From positions 24,005-88,004 of the forward strand of contig CAYVWQ010000005.1 of NCBI GenBank assembly GCA_964455545.1: a DNA stretch of 64,000 nt, read 5' to 3'. A model generated the notes under the pieces. It searched no databases and was not told the DNA's origin. It worked only from the letters and a program-made list of their open reading frames with translations. Source of the DNA: an uncultured Thermoleophilaceae bacterium (GTDB taxonomy: Bacteria > Actinomycetota > Thermoleophilia > Solirubrobacterales > JACPNS01). The position numbers and the translations under genes are program-made. Each line of letters starts with the position of its first letter. Position 1 is the first letter of the stretch. Shown in pieces: positions 8,146-17,233 of the stretch.

Positions 8146-8187
8146 TTGTAACACCTTGTTACAATACTTTGTGACATCGTGTTACAA
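8146..8187. promoter_or_regulatory. two tandem 19-bp palindromic operator-like sites upstream of ndh
   Basis: TTGTAACA-cct-TGTTACAA (8146-8164, perfect 8-3-8) and TTGTGACA-tcg-TGTTACAA (8169-8187, one mismatch). Centres are 23 bp apart. AT-rich island immediately upstream of the start at 8201. Confidence 0.45.
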
Positions 8188-8200
8188 GCGCTTTGGGTAG

Positions 8201-9577
8201 GTGATGAAGATGGCTTTCAATGTGGTGATCGTCGGCGGCGGATTCGGCGGCTTCAACGCCGCGCGCAGGATCGAGAAGAGCGTCTCCCCCGACGCGGTCA
8301 AGACGATCCTCGTCTCTGAGCAGAACTTCCTTCTCTACACACCCTTCCTTCCCGAAGCCGCTGCCGGAACGCTCGAACCGCGTCACGTCGTCACCCCGCT
8401 GCGCGAGCTGCTCGACAACACCAGGCTGCAGCTCGGCTCGATGACCGGGCTCGACCGTGCGCGAAATGTCGTCACGATCCGCAACGCCGAAGGCGACCCG
8501 CAGGAAATCCGCTACGACCGCCTGGTGCTCGCTCCCGGGTCGATCTCCCGAACACTGCCGATCCCCGGTCTCGCCGAGCATGGCGCCCAGTTCAAGAGCC
8601 TCGCTGACGCGATCTGGCTACGCAACCACGTGATCCGCTCGCTTGAGCTGGCCGAGACGGTCAACGACCGTACGCGGCTCGACGAGCTGCTGACCTTCGC
8701 ATTCGTCGGCGGTGGCTACGCCGGACTTGAAGCGCTGGCCGAACTCCAGGACTTCGCCGTGGACGCGCTCGAGATGTACCCGGCAGCGCGCGAGCACGGG
8801 ATGCGCTGGATGCTCATCGAGGCCGGTCCCCGCGTGCTCAACGAGATCGACGCCGGCCTCGCCGACTACACCGTGCGCCAGTTGCGCAAGCGCGGGATCG
8901 ACATCCGCCTCGAGACGCAGCTGAAAGAGGTGACCGACCACGACATCCTGCTCTCGACCGGGGAACGTATTCCCACCCGCACGCTCGTCTGGACGGCGGG
9001 AGTCACGCCGAATCCACTCGTCCGCGAACTCGGACTTCCGCTGACTGACAGCGGGCGGATCGAGGTCGACGCGAACATGCAGGTTGCCGGCGCCGCCGAC
9101 ATCTGGGCGATCGGCGATGCCGCCGCCGTTCCGAACCCTTTGAACCCGGAGCGGCCGAGCCCGCCGACGGCTCAGCAGGCACGGCGCCAGGGCATCGCAG
9201 TGGGCCGCAACGTCGCCGCGTCGCTCGGGCGAGGGACGACGAGGCCCTACGCGTACAAGGACCGCGGCTCGTTCGTGAACATCGGCCGCTACAAGGCCGT
9301 CGCGATGGCCGGCCGGATAAAGCTGCGCGGCCCGCTCGCATGGTGGGCGGCGCGCACCTACCACGTCAGCCAGGTCCCAGGTCTGAGGCGCAAGTTCCGC
9401 GCGATCGTCGACTGGACGGTCAGCCTGCCGTTTTCGCGCGACGTCGCCGAAGTCGGCTCGATCGGCCACCCGCGCGGGCTGGAGGATCTGCCTCCTGCTG
9501 CTTCAGGAAACGCGACGGCGGCTCGTACTTCTGCAGCGGACCCGGGAGACGGTGCCGCTGGCGCTCCCAGATCCTGA
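8201..9577 (+). CDS. ndh: type II NADH:quinone oxidoreductase (NDH-2)
   Basis: 458 aa. Two dinucleotide-binding motifs (VVIVGGGFGG; FVGGGYAGLE) and GDAAAVPN. The start may be the GTG at 8201 or a nearby ATG at 8204 or 8210. Confidence 0.9.
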   Translation: MMKMAFNVVIVGGGFGGFNAARRIEKSVSPDAVKTILVSEQNFLLYTPFLPEAAAGTLEPRHVVTPLRELLDNTRLQLGSMTGLDRARNVVTIRNAEGDPQEIRYDRLVLAPGSISRTLPIPGLAEHGAQFKSLADAIWLRNHVIRSLELAETVNDRTRLDELLTFAFVGGGYAGLEALAELQDFAVDALEMYPAAREHGMRWMLIEAGPRVLNEIDAGLADYTVRQLRKRGIDIRLETQLKEVTDHDILLSTGERIPTRTLVWTAGVTPNPLVRELGLPLTDSGRIEVDANMQVAGAADIWAIGDAAAVPNPLNPERPSPPTAQQARRQGIAVGRNVAASLGRGTTRPYAYKDRGSFVNIGRYKAVAMAGRIKLRGPLAWWAARTYHVSQVPGLRRKFRAIVDWTVSLPFSRDVAEVGSIGHPRGLEDLPPAASGNATAARTSAADPGDGAAGAPRS

Positions 9578-9687
9578 CGCCGACGGTCAGGCCGATCGCG
9601 ATCAGCCGGCGATAGCGCCAGGCGAGTCGGACGAGTCTGTAGAGAACGGCGGGCATCAGTTGACATCATCGCGCATCGCGCGCAAGT

Positions 9688-10917
9688 TCAGCGACCTGCC
9701 AGCGCGCCGCTGACGCTGTTGACTGTTTCGCCGGCCGTGCTCACGACCGTCCCGGCGGTGTCGCCGACGGCCTCGCCAAGCGGCTTCTCGCCGTTCAGGG
9801 CGCCGCCCACGTCTTCGACGATCTCGCCCGGGAGGTCTGCGACAGGTTGTAAGGGCGATTCCGGTTCGCTCGTGTCTTTGCTCGGGGTCGCCGCCTGCGA
9901 CTCATCGGCCGCAGGATCCGCCGTCGGCTCAGTCCGGGTGGGAGAGCTGCCAGACGGTTTGGGCAGCGGCTTGCGCCGCTCGGCAACAAAATCGTCGCGG
10001 TTCTGCCGCGGAGAAGACTGCTTCGGCCTTTGCCTCTCTGGGCGTGCACTGCTGCTCACCGTGTGACCGGGGAGCCCTGCGGCCGGTTCTGGCTTCGCGG
10101 GCTCGTCCGCTCTGGCTTGCTTCTGACCAATCGTTCCTGCCGCACCGGCGAAGAGCAAAACGCTCGCGAGGGCTGCGGCGAGTTTCGCGGACACGATCGC
10201 CCCGCCGGTACCGGCTCCCGTGACCGCGACCGCCCCGGCCCCCAAACCGCCGATCGGAAGAATGGGCGCCGCTTCAAGCAACCCGCGGCGCAGGGAACCC
10301 GGAGCGCCGACGTCATCGGCCGCGGCCCGACGAACGCCGTCTCGTCCGCGGCCGATCAGCTGCCGCACCGAGCCCGGCGACGTACGCATCGTCTCGGCGA
10401 TCGACCCGTAGCTCAGGCCGCCGAGCTCGCGCAGCAGCAGCGCGCTCCTTTGGCGCTCTGGAAGTTCTGTGATCGCTGCCACCAGCCACTCGAGATCGGC
10501 GCGCACCTCGGCCGCAGCGACAGGCTCGTCGGAGCTTCGGGCTTGCGGTGTTGAAGCCGCCTCCTGTGATTCCAGCTCAACGGTCTCGGTCGGCGTTGCG
10601 CGCATGAGGTCGATCGCACGATTTCGCGCGATCACGAAAAGCCACTGCTTGAAGGATCCGTCGAAGTCTTGCGAGCGGACCGAGGCAAACGCACGAGCGA
10701 ACGCGTCCTGCACGACATCCTCGGTGTCTTCACGCCGGTGTCGGCCGCCGAGCATGTGGAAGACGAACGCCGAGAGCTGGCGGTGGTACCGGCGATGCAG
10801 CTCCTCGAAGGCGTGCTCGTTCCCCCACCGGCCGGCGCGGCAGAGCATCGAATCGGTCTGGACCGCCCAGACCTTCGCGCGCGGGACCGCGGCGCGACTG
10901 GAGGAGTCGATTGCCAT
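9688..10917 (-). CDS. ECF-type sigma-70 family factor with fused C-terminal membrane anchor and Pro/Ser-rich tail (sigma paralog 3)
   Basis: 409 aa. Sigma regions 2 and 4 (FVFHMLGGRHRREDTEDVVQDAF; LPERQRSALLLRELGGLSYGSIAETM), then LEAAPILPIGGLGAG...LAAALASVLLFAGAAG hydrophobic segments and a disordered tail. Confidence 0.85.
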   Translation of the reverse strand: MAIDSSSRAAVPRAKVWAVQTDSMLCRAGRWGNEHAFEELHRRYHRQLSAFVFHMLGGRHRREDTEDVVQDAFARAFASVRSQDFDGSFKQWLFVIARNRAIDLMRATPTETVELESQEAASTPQARSSDEPVAAAEVRADLEWLVAAITELPERQRSALLLRELGGLSYGSIAETMRTSPGSVRQLIGRGRDGVRRAAADDVGAPGSLRRGLLEAAPILPIGGLGAGAVAVTGAGTGGAIVSAKLAAALASVLLFAGAAGTIGQKQARADEPAKPEPAAGLPGHTVSSSARPERQRPKQSSPRQNRDDFVAERRKPLPKPSGSSPTRTEPTADPAADESQAATPSKDTSEPESPLQPVADLPGEIVEDVGGALNGEKPLGEAVGDTAGTVVSTAGETVNSVSGALAGR

Positions 10918-11174
10918 GTCTCAACCTGATCTGCCCCGGCGCGGAGACCGGCAAACAAAAAACTTTCCGCGGCAGCGTGATTTTTGCGTCGCACCTGCGT
11001 TCAAACACATGCACGCGGATAACACGTGTGCGCCGGATTCAATCGGCGGCGCGGCGGTGGGCCGTCGCGGCAGACCTAGGTCTGTGGCTCGCCGCCCGCC
11101 CGGTCCGGCGCAGATCAGGGGCAGAACCGGTGCGTCGCCCCCTCCTACCCCCCCTGGGGGCGGCGCCGGTTCAC

Positions 11175-12134
11175 TCAGAGCTCGGCGCGGCGTCGCAGGA
11201 TCTCCCTCGCGGCGCTTCCCGGGTCGAGCTTCCGTTCTACGACTTCGTCGAGCAACGCCTGGACAGCGGCGTCCTCGGCGATCGACTGCTCCAGCTCCGA
11301 ACGGAGGCTGATCGTGGCGAGCTCCAGCACTTCGTTGCGAAGATTGCGGCGGCGTCGCTCAGCGAGCGTGCCCTGCTCGGTGATGTGGGCACGATGTGCG
11401 TCGATCGCGTCGATCAGCTTGTCGATTCCGATGTCGTGCGCTGCCTGGGTCTGAATCACCGGCGGCGTCCAACCGTCGTCGGCGTGACCGAGCGCGAGCA
11501 CGCCCTTGATCTCGCGCACGAGTGTGTCCGTCATCGGGTGGTCGGCCTTGTTGACGACGATCACGTCGGGTATCTCCATCACACCGGCCTTCAGCGCCTG
11601 CACCGAGTCGCCACTTCCCGGCATCAGCGCGAGCACAATCGTGTCGGCGTGGTCGATCACGTCAATCTCGGCCTGCCCGACGCCGACCGTTTCGATCAGG
11701 ACGTTGTCGCGGCCGGCGGCGTCCATCAGCAGGGCGGCCTGCAGGGTCGCCTCCGAGAGGCCTCCGAGCGCGCCACGGTTGGCCATTGAACGGATGAACA
11801 CGCCCGGGTCGAGGAAATGCTCGGTCAGCCGGATGCGATCGCCGAGCAGCGCGCCTTGCGTGAACGGACTCGAAGGATCGATACTGAGCACTGCGATCGT
11901 CTCGTCCCGGGCCCGCAGGTGCTTTGCCATCACTCCGATCAGCGTCGACTTGCCGACCCCGGGAGGTCCCGTGAGACCGACCATCTTCGCCCTCCCGGTC
12001 TGCGGGTAGACCTCTTTGACCAGCTCCCAGCCGGTGGGGTCGTTGTTCTCGACGAGTGAGATCGCTCGCGCGAGTGCACGCTTGTCGCCTTCGACTAGGC
12101 GGCCTGCGAGGTCCTGTGCGGTCGAGGTGGCCAT
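11175..12134 (-). CDS. meaB: methylmalonyl-CoA mutase-associated GTPase MeaB/ArgK
   Basis: 319 aa. P-loop GPPGVGKST, DVIVVNKADH (NKxD) and overall ArgK/MeaB layout. Confidence 0.9.
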   Translation of the reverse strand: MATSTAQDLAGRLVEGDKRALARAISLVENNDPTGWELVKEVYPQTGRAKMVGLTGPPGVGKSTLIGVMAKHLRARDETIAVLSIDPSSPFTQGALLGDRIRLTEHFLDPGVFIRSMANRGALGGLSEATLQAALLMDAAGRDNVLIETVGVGQAEIDVIDHADTIVLALMPGSGDSVQALKAGVMEIPDVIVVNKADHPMTDTLVREIKGVLALGHADDGWTPPVIQTQAAHDIGIDKLIDAIDAHRAHITEQGTLAERRRRNLRNEVLELATISLRSELEQSIAEDAAVQALLDEVVERKLDPGSAAREILRRRAEL

Positions 12135-12143
12135 GCGGAGACG

Positions 12144-12878
12144 ATGGTATGCGCAGCGCCGGTCCTAGAGTTCCCGCCGATGAATCCCGGCGACGAGCAG
12201 CCGATCGTGATGGAATCCCCGGCGCCGCTGCGCGGCGGACCGCTGACGCTGCTGCGTTTCATGATCAAGAACCGCCTGTTTCGCGCGCGTTATCTCAAGA
12301 GCTACGCGCGGATGTTCTGGCACCGCGTGGTGCGCCGCCGCGCCCACGGCAAGAAGATCCACACGGACGGGCTGTGCTTCATCGGCAAGGATGTGGCAAT
12401 CGAGATCGGCCCGCTCGCTCACGTGTACCTCGAGCGTTGGAGCTGGGTCGGCAACCGCACGAAGCTGCGCGCACACGGCGGCTTCATCCGGATCGGCAGC
12501 AAATCGGTACTCGGCGAGGAGATCACCTTCAGCACCTACGAGGAGATCTCGATCGGACGCGAGTGCGTGATCGCCGACCGCGCGATGTTCATCGACTTCG
12601 ACCACATCACGGCCGACCCGGAGCAGGCGATCCGAAAGCAAGGCCTCTACAGCAAGCCGGTGCGAGTGGGGAACAACGTCTGGATCGGGTATGGCGCATG
12701 CATCCTGCGCGGCGTCACGATCGGTGACGGAGCTGTGATCGGCACGAACGCCGTGGTCACGAAGGACGTCCCGCCGAACGCGATCGTCGGCGGCGTGCCG
12801 GCGAGGGTGCTGCGGATGCGCGACGAGCCGAAGCGTCTGACCTGGAAGCCCGACCCGCCGCCGAAGCACCTGCGATGA
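12144..12878 (+). CDS. left-handed beta-helix (hexapeptide-repeat) acyl/acetyltransferase
   Basis: 244 aa. Hexapeptide repeats VGNNVWIGYGACILRGVTIGDGAVIGTNAVVTKDVPPNAIVGGVPARV. Exact start uncertain. Confidence 0.8.
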   Translation: MVCAAPVLEFPPMNPGDEQPIVMESPAPLRGGPLTLLRFMIKNRLFRARYLKSYARMFWHRVVRRRAHGKKIHTDGLCFIGKDVAIEIGPLAHVYLERWSWVGNRTKLRAHGGFIRIGSKSVLGEEITFSTYEEISIGRECVIADRAMFIDFDHITADPEQAIRKQGLYSKPVRVGNNVWIGYGACILRGVTIGDGAVIGTNAVVTKDVPPNAIVGGVPARVLRMRDEPKRLTWKPDPPPKHLR

Positions 12879-12904
12879 AGGAGCAGAATCGGTAAGTTGC
12901 GGTA

Positions 12905-13774
12905 ATGGCTGACAAGGTCTACCTCGACAACTCCGAGGCCACCGAGGCCTGGAACACGATCCTTTTCGACCGCTTCCGCGACTACCGGCACATCTTCGTC
13001 ACCGGCCTCGCTCAGTTCAGCGACGCCGCGCTCTCGATGCACCCACCGCAGGTCGGCGACCGCTGCATCGACATCGGCTGCGGATTCGGTGACACCACAC
13101 GCGAGCTCGCCGCGATCGCCGGGCCGACCGGGCACGCGACCGGACTCGACGCCGCCGAACGTTTCATCGAGGCCTCCCGCGAGGAGTCGGCGGGAGTGGC
13201 GAACGTCGACTTCGTCGTCGCCGACGCCGAGCGGGAAGTGCCAGGCGGCCCCTACGACTACGTCTTCGCTCGCATGGGCACGATGTTCTTCGCAAACCCG
13301 GTCGCCGCGATGCGCAACGTGCACGCGGCGATGAAGCCGTGCGGCCGCCTCTGCATGATCGTCTGGCGGCGCAAGCTCGACAACGAGTGGATGTACCGCT
13401 CGGAAGAGGTGGTCGACCGCCACGTCGACAAGCCGGACCCGGAGGAGTCGGACGAGTTGACCTGCGGTCCCGGACCGTTCTCGATGGCGAACGCCGACAC
13501 CACCAGCGACGTGCTGCGCGCCGCCGGGTTCGGCGCGATCGCCTTCCATCGCCTCGACCGCTCGTTCGCGATCGGAAGTGACATCGACGAGCTGATCGAA
13601 GGCGCGTTCGCTCTCGGCCCTGCCGCCGAAACGATGCGCCTCGCCGGCGAGGACGGCGCGCGCCTCAGACCGTTGATCGAAGCCGACCTACGCGAGATCG
13701 CCGTCGACTATGAGCAGCCCGACGGCAGCTATGCCGCGCCGTATTCGGCGTGGGTGGTGACGGCCTCTTCGTAG
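12905..13774 (+). CDS. class I SAM-dependent methyltransferase
   Basis: 289 aa. SAM motif I CIDIGCGFGDTT. Confidence 0.85.
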   Translation: MADKVYLDNSEATEAWNTILFDRFRDYRHIFVTGLAQFSDAALSMHPPQVGDRCIDIGCGFGDTTRELAAIAGPTGHATGLDAAERFIEASREESAGVANVDFVVADAEREVPGGPYDYVFARMGTMFFANPVAAMRNVHAAMKPCGRLCMIVWRRKLDNEWMYRSEEVVDRHVDKPDPEESDELTCGPGPFSMANADTTSDVLRAAGFGAIAFHRLDRSFAIGSDIDELIEGAFALGPAAETMRLAGEDGARLRPLIEADLREIAVDYEQPDGSYAAPYSAWVVTASS

Positions 13775-14937
13775 AGCCCGAGCGTCTGGCGCGCGATGTC
13801 GAGCCAGTCGAAAGTGAGCACGTGTTCCGAGGCTTCTGCGATCAGGCGGCCGCGCAGCTGTTCGTCGGTCAGCACCTTCGCCGCCATGTCGGCGAGCGAG
13901 CCGGGGTCCTTCGCCTGGAAGCGCAGTCCGACTTTCTCGTTCGAAACGATCTCGCGCAGCCCACCGGTGTCGGCGACTATGCAGGGGCAGCCGCTCGCCA
14001 TCGCCTCGAGCGCGACGAGGCCGAACGGCTCGTAGATCGACGGGACGATCGTCAGGTCGGCGATGCGGTACAGCGAGTGCAACACGTCATCGCCGATCCA
14101 GCCCAGAAACGTGCCGTGCTCCTTCAATCCGAGCTCGGCGGCCTGCGCCTTCAGCTCCTCCTCGTGGGTCCCTGAGCCGGCGACTATGAAGCGGACGTTT
14201 CCGACCTCCTCGATCAGGCCCGGCAGCGCCTCGAGCGCGAACTGAAACCCCTTCTCGTAGACGAGCCGTCCCACCAACAGCACGAGCTGTTCGTCAGGCT
14301 GCGCGAAGTTCGCGCGCAGCTCGTCGAGGTCGGCGACCGGTTGAAGGTCCTTTGGGTCGATCCCGTTCGGGATGACAGCGACGTCTTCCTCCTCGAGGCC
14401 GTATATGTCCGCAATGTGCTCGCGCATGTAAGAAGAGCAGGCGATCACGGCGTCGGCGCGGTTGGTGACCCATTTCTCGATCCCGTGAATGTGGCTCTGC
14501 GGATGCTTGTCGACCCAGCCCTGGTGGCGACCGAACTCAGTCGCGTGGATCGTCATCACGAGCGGTCGGTCGAAGCGGCGGGCGAGGTGGTCGCAGGCCG
14601 AGGCAACGAGCCAGTCGTGGCCGTGGATCACGTCAAAATCGATCTCGTCGCCGAGCGCGACACCGGCGCTGAGCATGTCGGTGTTCATGTGCTCGATCCA
14701 GGTGACGAACTCGCCGAGGTCGCGCGGCCGCGCCGGTTCGCGCACGCGGTGGACATGCACGCCGCCCAGTATCTGCTCCTCGCTGCCTGCACCGTCGCCG
14801 CGCGTGAGCACGTGGACCTCGACACCGAGGTCGACGAGGTTCTCGGCCAGCTTGCGGACGTGCCGGGCCAGACCGCCCTCGATGAGCGGCGGATACTCCC
14901 AGGAGAGGATCAGGGTGCTGAACGTGGTGTCAGGCAT
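13729..14937 (-). CDS. GT4-family (GT-B) glycosyltransferase, alpha-glucan/glycogen-synthase-like
   Basis: 402 aa. N-terminal EYPPLIEGGLARHV and C-terminal EPFGLVALEAMASGCPCIV (E-x7-E). Its start overlaps the upstream GH57 gene by 8 nt. Confidence 0.9.
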   Translation of the reverse strand: MPDTTFSTLILSWEYPPLIEGGLARHVRKLAENLVDLGVEVHVLTRGDGAGSEEQILGGVHVHRVREPARPRDLGEFVTWIEHMNTDMLSAGVALGDEIDFDVIHGHDWLVASACDHLARRFDRPLVMTIHATEFGRHQGWVDKHPQSHIHGIEKWVTNRADAVIACSSYMREHIADIYGLEEEDVAVIPNGIDPKDLQPVADLDELRANFAQPDEQLVLLVGRLVYEKGFQFALEALPGLIEEVGNVRFIVAGSGTHEEELKAQAAELGLKEHGTFLGWIGDDVLHSLYRIADLTIVPSIYEPFGLVALEAMASGCPCIVADTGGLREIVSNEKVGLRFQAKDPGSLADMAAKVLTDEQLRGRLIAEASEHVLTFDWLDIARQTLGLYEEAVTTHAEYGAA

Positions 14938-16399
14938 CGTGGGGGATCACGGCGAGGAGATCCTCGGAGCTCAACAGGGGGGCCAGCCCGCCTACCGCTT
15001 CCGGGTGATCTGTGTCCGCGCCGGGCTCGGATTCTCGCACAGACGAGATCGCGCCCTCAAACCCTTCGAGATGTCCGGCGAACCGCTCGTCCGGGTAGTC
15101 GCCGGCCTGCTCGCGATCGGCCATGAACGCCCAGTCGCTCGACTGCATCGCCATTAGCTCGCGCGCGGCGCGGCGGGCGGCCGGGCCGGATGCGTCGCCC
15201 AGGCGCAGCGCCTGTTCGAGCTCGAGCTCGGCAGCACGCGACTGCCAGGCGAACTCGGCGACCTTCGGAGCGTCCCAGGTGGCCAGCGACTTTTCTCGGC
15301 CCCAACTCGAACGCGCGAGCGGGCGTCGCACCGGCTCCGCGGCGCTGACGGCCTGTTCGAGCGTCACCAGTTCGACGCCGTAATCCGGGGCGAGCCGCAG
15401 AAGCTCGGCGAGCCACCACGGGCCCTCGTACCACCAGTGCCCGAACAGCTCGGTGTCAGCGGCGAAGACGATCAGCCCTTCGCGACCGCGTTCGCTCGCG
15501 TAGACCTCGAGACGCGCCGCGACGCTGCGGAGGAACGCTGCCGCGTGCGCGTGTGCCTGAGCTTTCGCGGCTCCCGGGTTCCAGCCCTCGCCGGCGTTGT
15601 TCCAGGGCAGCAGGTCGTGGATCGTGCGCGCGAAGCTGCTGCGGTAGGTGGCCATCGCCGGGTACGCGCCGGCGTCCCACACCTGTCCGATGCTGTGCCA
15701 GTCGATCGGCAGCGCGATGTTGCCGGCCGGGGTGCGCACTGGCTCCAGGTTGTCGAGCGACTCGAGCCCGAGGGCAGCGGACTGATCAACGCAGAAGTAC
15801 TCGACTTCGTTGCGCGCCAGAGCGGCATCGGTGCCCGCGTCGTAGGCGCACTCCGGTAGCCAAGCCCCGCGGGCAGGCCCGAACCGCCGTTCGTGTGACC
15901 GGCGACCTGTGCGGAGCTGCAGATCGAGGCCGAAGTCGCTGGCGAGCAGCGGCAGAATCGGGTGAGTCGCGGGGCCGCCGATCAGCTCCACCCCCGTGTC
16001 AGCGAGGTCATCGAACATCCGGTTCAGGTCGCGACCGAACTCCTCGTTGAAGCGGCGCGCCGCCGTCCGGTGATCATCGAGCTGGAGCGCGAGCGCCGCG
16101 TGGAGGTCCGGGCGCTCGACGGTGACGAACGCGGCCATGTCCTCGCCGAACACGTACTCCCTGCCGTCGTTCACCCAGGCGACGTACCGGTCGCCCGCGG
16201 CGCCACGCATCGCCTCGAACTGGTCGGCCAGCACCGGCGTGATCCCGATCGTCACCGGGTGACCGCGAACGGTGTCCGCAACTCGCAGATAGCACTCGCT
16301 GACGACCTCCCACAGCCACTGTTCGCCGAACGGCCACACACCGCGGTCCTCGACGTACGGCATGTGCGAGTGCAGGACTATCGCCAGCCGGCCTGCCAT
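14930..16399 (-). CDS. GH57-family glycoside hydrolase (branching-enzyme-like, DUF1957 type)
   Basis: 489 aa. N-terminal LAIVLHSHMPYVEDRGVWPFGEQWLWE is typical of GH57 alpha-glucan branching enzymes. Confidence 0.85.
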   Translation of the reverse strand: MAGRLAIVLHSHMPYVEDRGVWPFGEQWLWEVVSECYLRVADTVRGHPVTIGITPVLADQFEAMRGAAGDRYVAWVNDGREYVFGEDMAAFVTVERPDLHAALALQLDDHRTAARRFNEEFGRDLNRMFDDLADTGVELIGGPATHPILPLLASDFGLDLQLRTGRRSHERRFGPARGAWLPECAYDAGTDAALARNEVEYFCVDQSAALGLESLDNLEPVRTPAGNIALPIDWHSIGQVWDAGAYPAMATYRSSFARTIHDLLPWNNAGEGWNPGAAKAQAHAHAAAFLRSVAARLEVYASERGREGLIVFAADTELFGHWWYEGPWWLAELLRLAPDYGVELVTLEQAVSAAEPVRRPLARSSWGREKSLATWDAPKVAEFAWQSRAAELELEQALRLGDASGPAARRAARELMAMQSSDWAFMADREQAGDYPDERFAGHLEGFEGAISSVRESEPGADTDHPEAVGGLAPLLSSEDLLAVIPHDA

Positions 16400-16406
16400 G
16401 GAATCG

Positions 16407-17207
16407 CTAGCCCTTCGGACTACGGCAGACGGCCACGAAGTCGAGCGCGTCGGTCAGCAGCTCGTCGCTCGGCCCGGGAAAGATCTCGAAGTCGCGTTCA
16501 CTGATCGCCGGCGTGAAGCGGTCGTAGAACAGCTTCGAGATGCGCAGGCCCTTGTGGACAGCGTCCCAGCCGAGGTTCTCGATCGCATACTGATGCCAAC
16601 GCAGCTTGCCGGCGTGACGCACGCCGAAGATCTGCACGTCCTCAAACACCTCACGGCAGAGCTCGCGGAACTCCCCGGGCCGGTACTCCTTGACGTGCCA
16701 GGGATTCTCGGACTTCTCGGCGCCTTCAGGCGCGAGCGTCAACAGGTTTGGCGTGGATACGTAGGCGACGCCTTCCGGCTTCATGATCGAGGCGAAGTGC
16801 CGCAGGACGCCGGCCGGATCCTGCACGTGTTCGATCGTCTGCAGGAAGACGACGCAGTCGACCGGCGGCTCCTCGCGGTAGGTCTCGATCAGATCCCGGG
16901 CGATCGTCACCTTGTCGTTCTCGTACTTCGCCTTTGCGTGAGCATGCGCCTCGGGGTTGGCGTCGACGCCGGTCACGTGCTCGGCCTCGCGCGACAGCAC
17001 GGCACTGCCGTAGCCCTCGCCGCAGGCCATGTCAATCACCCGCATGCCCTTCACCCGCCGCGCGATCCAGTCGTAGACGACGAGGTGACGGCGGTACCAG
17101 TAGTTCTCCTCGGGCAGGTCCGGGAGCGTGCGCTCGCCGGTCAGCTCTAGCGGCGGGACGCCTGTCGGCTGATCCACCTGTACGTATTTCTGGGCTGCCG
17201 GGGGCAC
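16407..17207 (-). CDS. class I SAM-dependent methyltransferase
   Basis: 266 aa. SAM motif VIDMACGEGYGS. GTG start. Its stop is 7 nt upstream of the GH57 gene start. Confidence 0.85.
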   Translation of the reverse strand: MPPAAQKYVQVDQPTGVPPLELTGERTLPDLPEENYWYRRHLVVYDWIARRVKGMRVIDMACGEGYGSAVLSREAEHVTGVDANPEAHAHAKAKYENDKVTIARDLIETYREEPPVDCVVFLQTIEHVQDPAGVLRHFASIMKPEGVAYVSTPNLLTLAPEGAEKSENPWHVKEYRPGEFRELCREVFEDVQIFGVRHAGKLRWHQYAIENLGWDAVHKGLRISKLFYDRFTPAISERDFEIFPGPSDELLTDALDFVAVCRSPKG

Positions 17208-17233
17208 GGCGCCGCACTATAGTTGCGCCCCCC

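Noticed and set aside
9420-9656. 78-aa minus-strand ORF starting MPAVLYRLVRLAWRYRRLIAIGLTV, overlapping the 3' end of ndh
   Set aside because: It starts with a TM-like segment, but the remainder is Arg-rich junk antisense to ndh. There is no RBS and no supporting motif.
10918-11174. Intergenic region upstream of sigma paralog 3, searched for the GGAAC/GGGAC-N16-17-CGT promoter and REP-like units (contains ACACGTGT and a cTTTCCGCGG fragment)
   Set aside because: There is no match with correct spacing. The CTTTCCGCGG fragment lacks the inverted partner arm, so it is not a member of the REP family.
16934-17233. N-terminal 100-codon extension of the methyltransferase ORF (and the analogous leaders at 21390-21542, 25287-25541, 33311-33370, 33602-33694, 41316-41531, 48623-48946)
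   Set aside because: These extensions are Arg/Pro-rich, overlap the neighbouring genes or intergenic DNA, and precede internal Met codons that give sensible N-termini or signal peptides.
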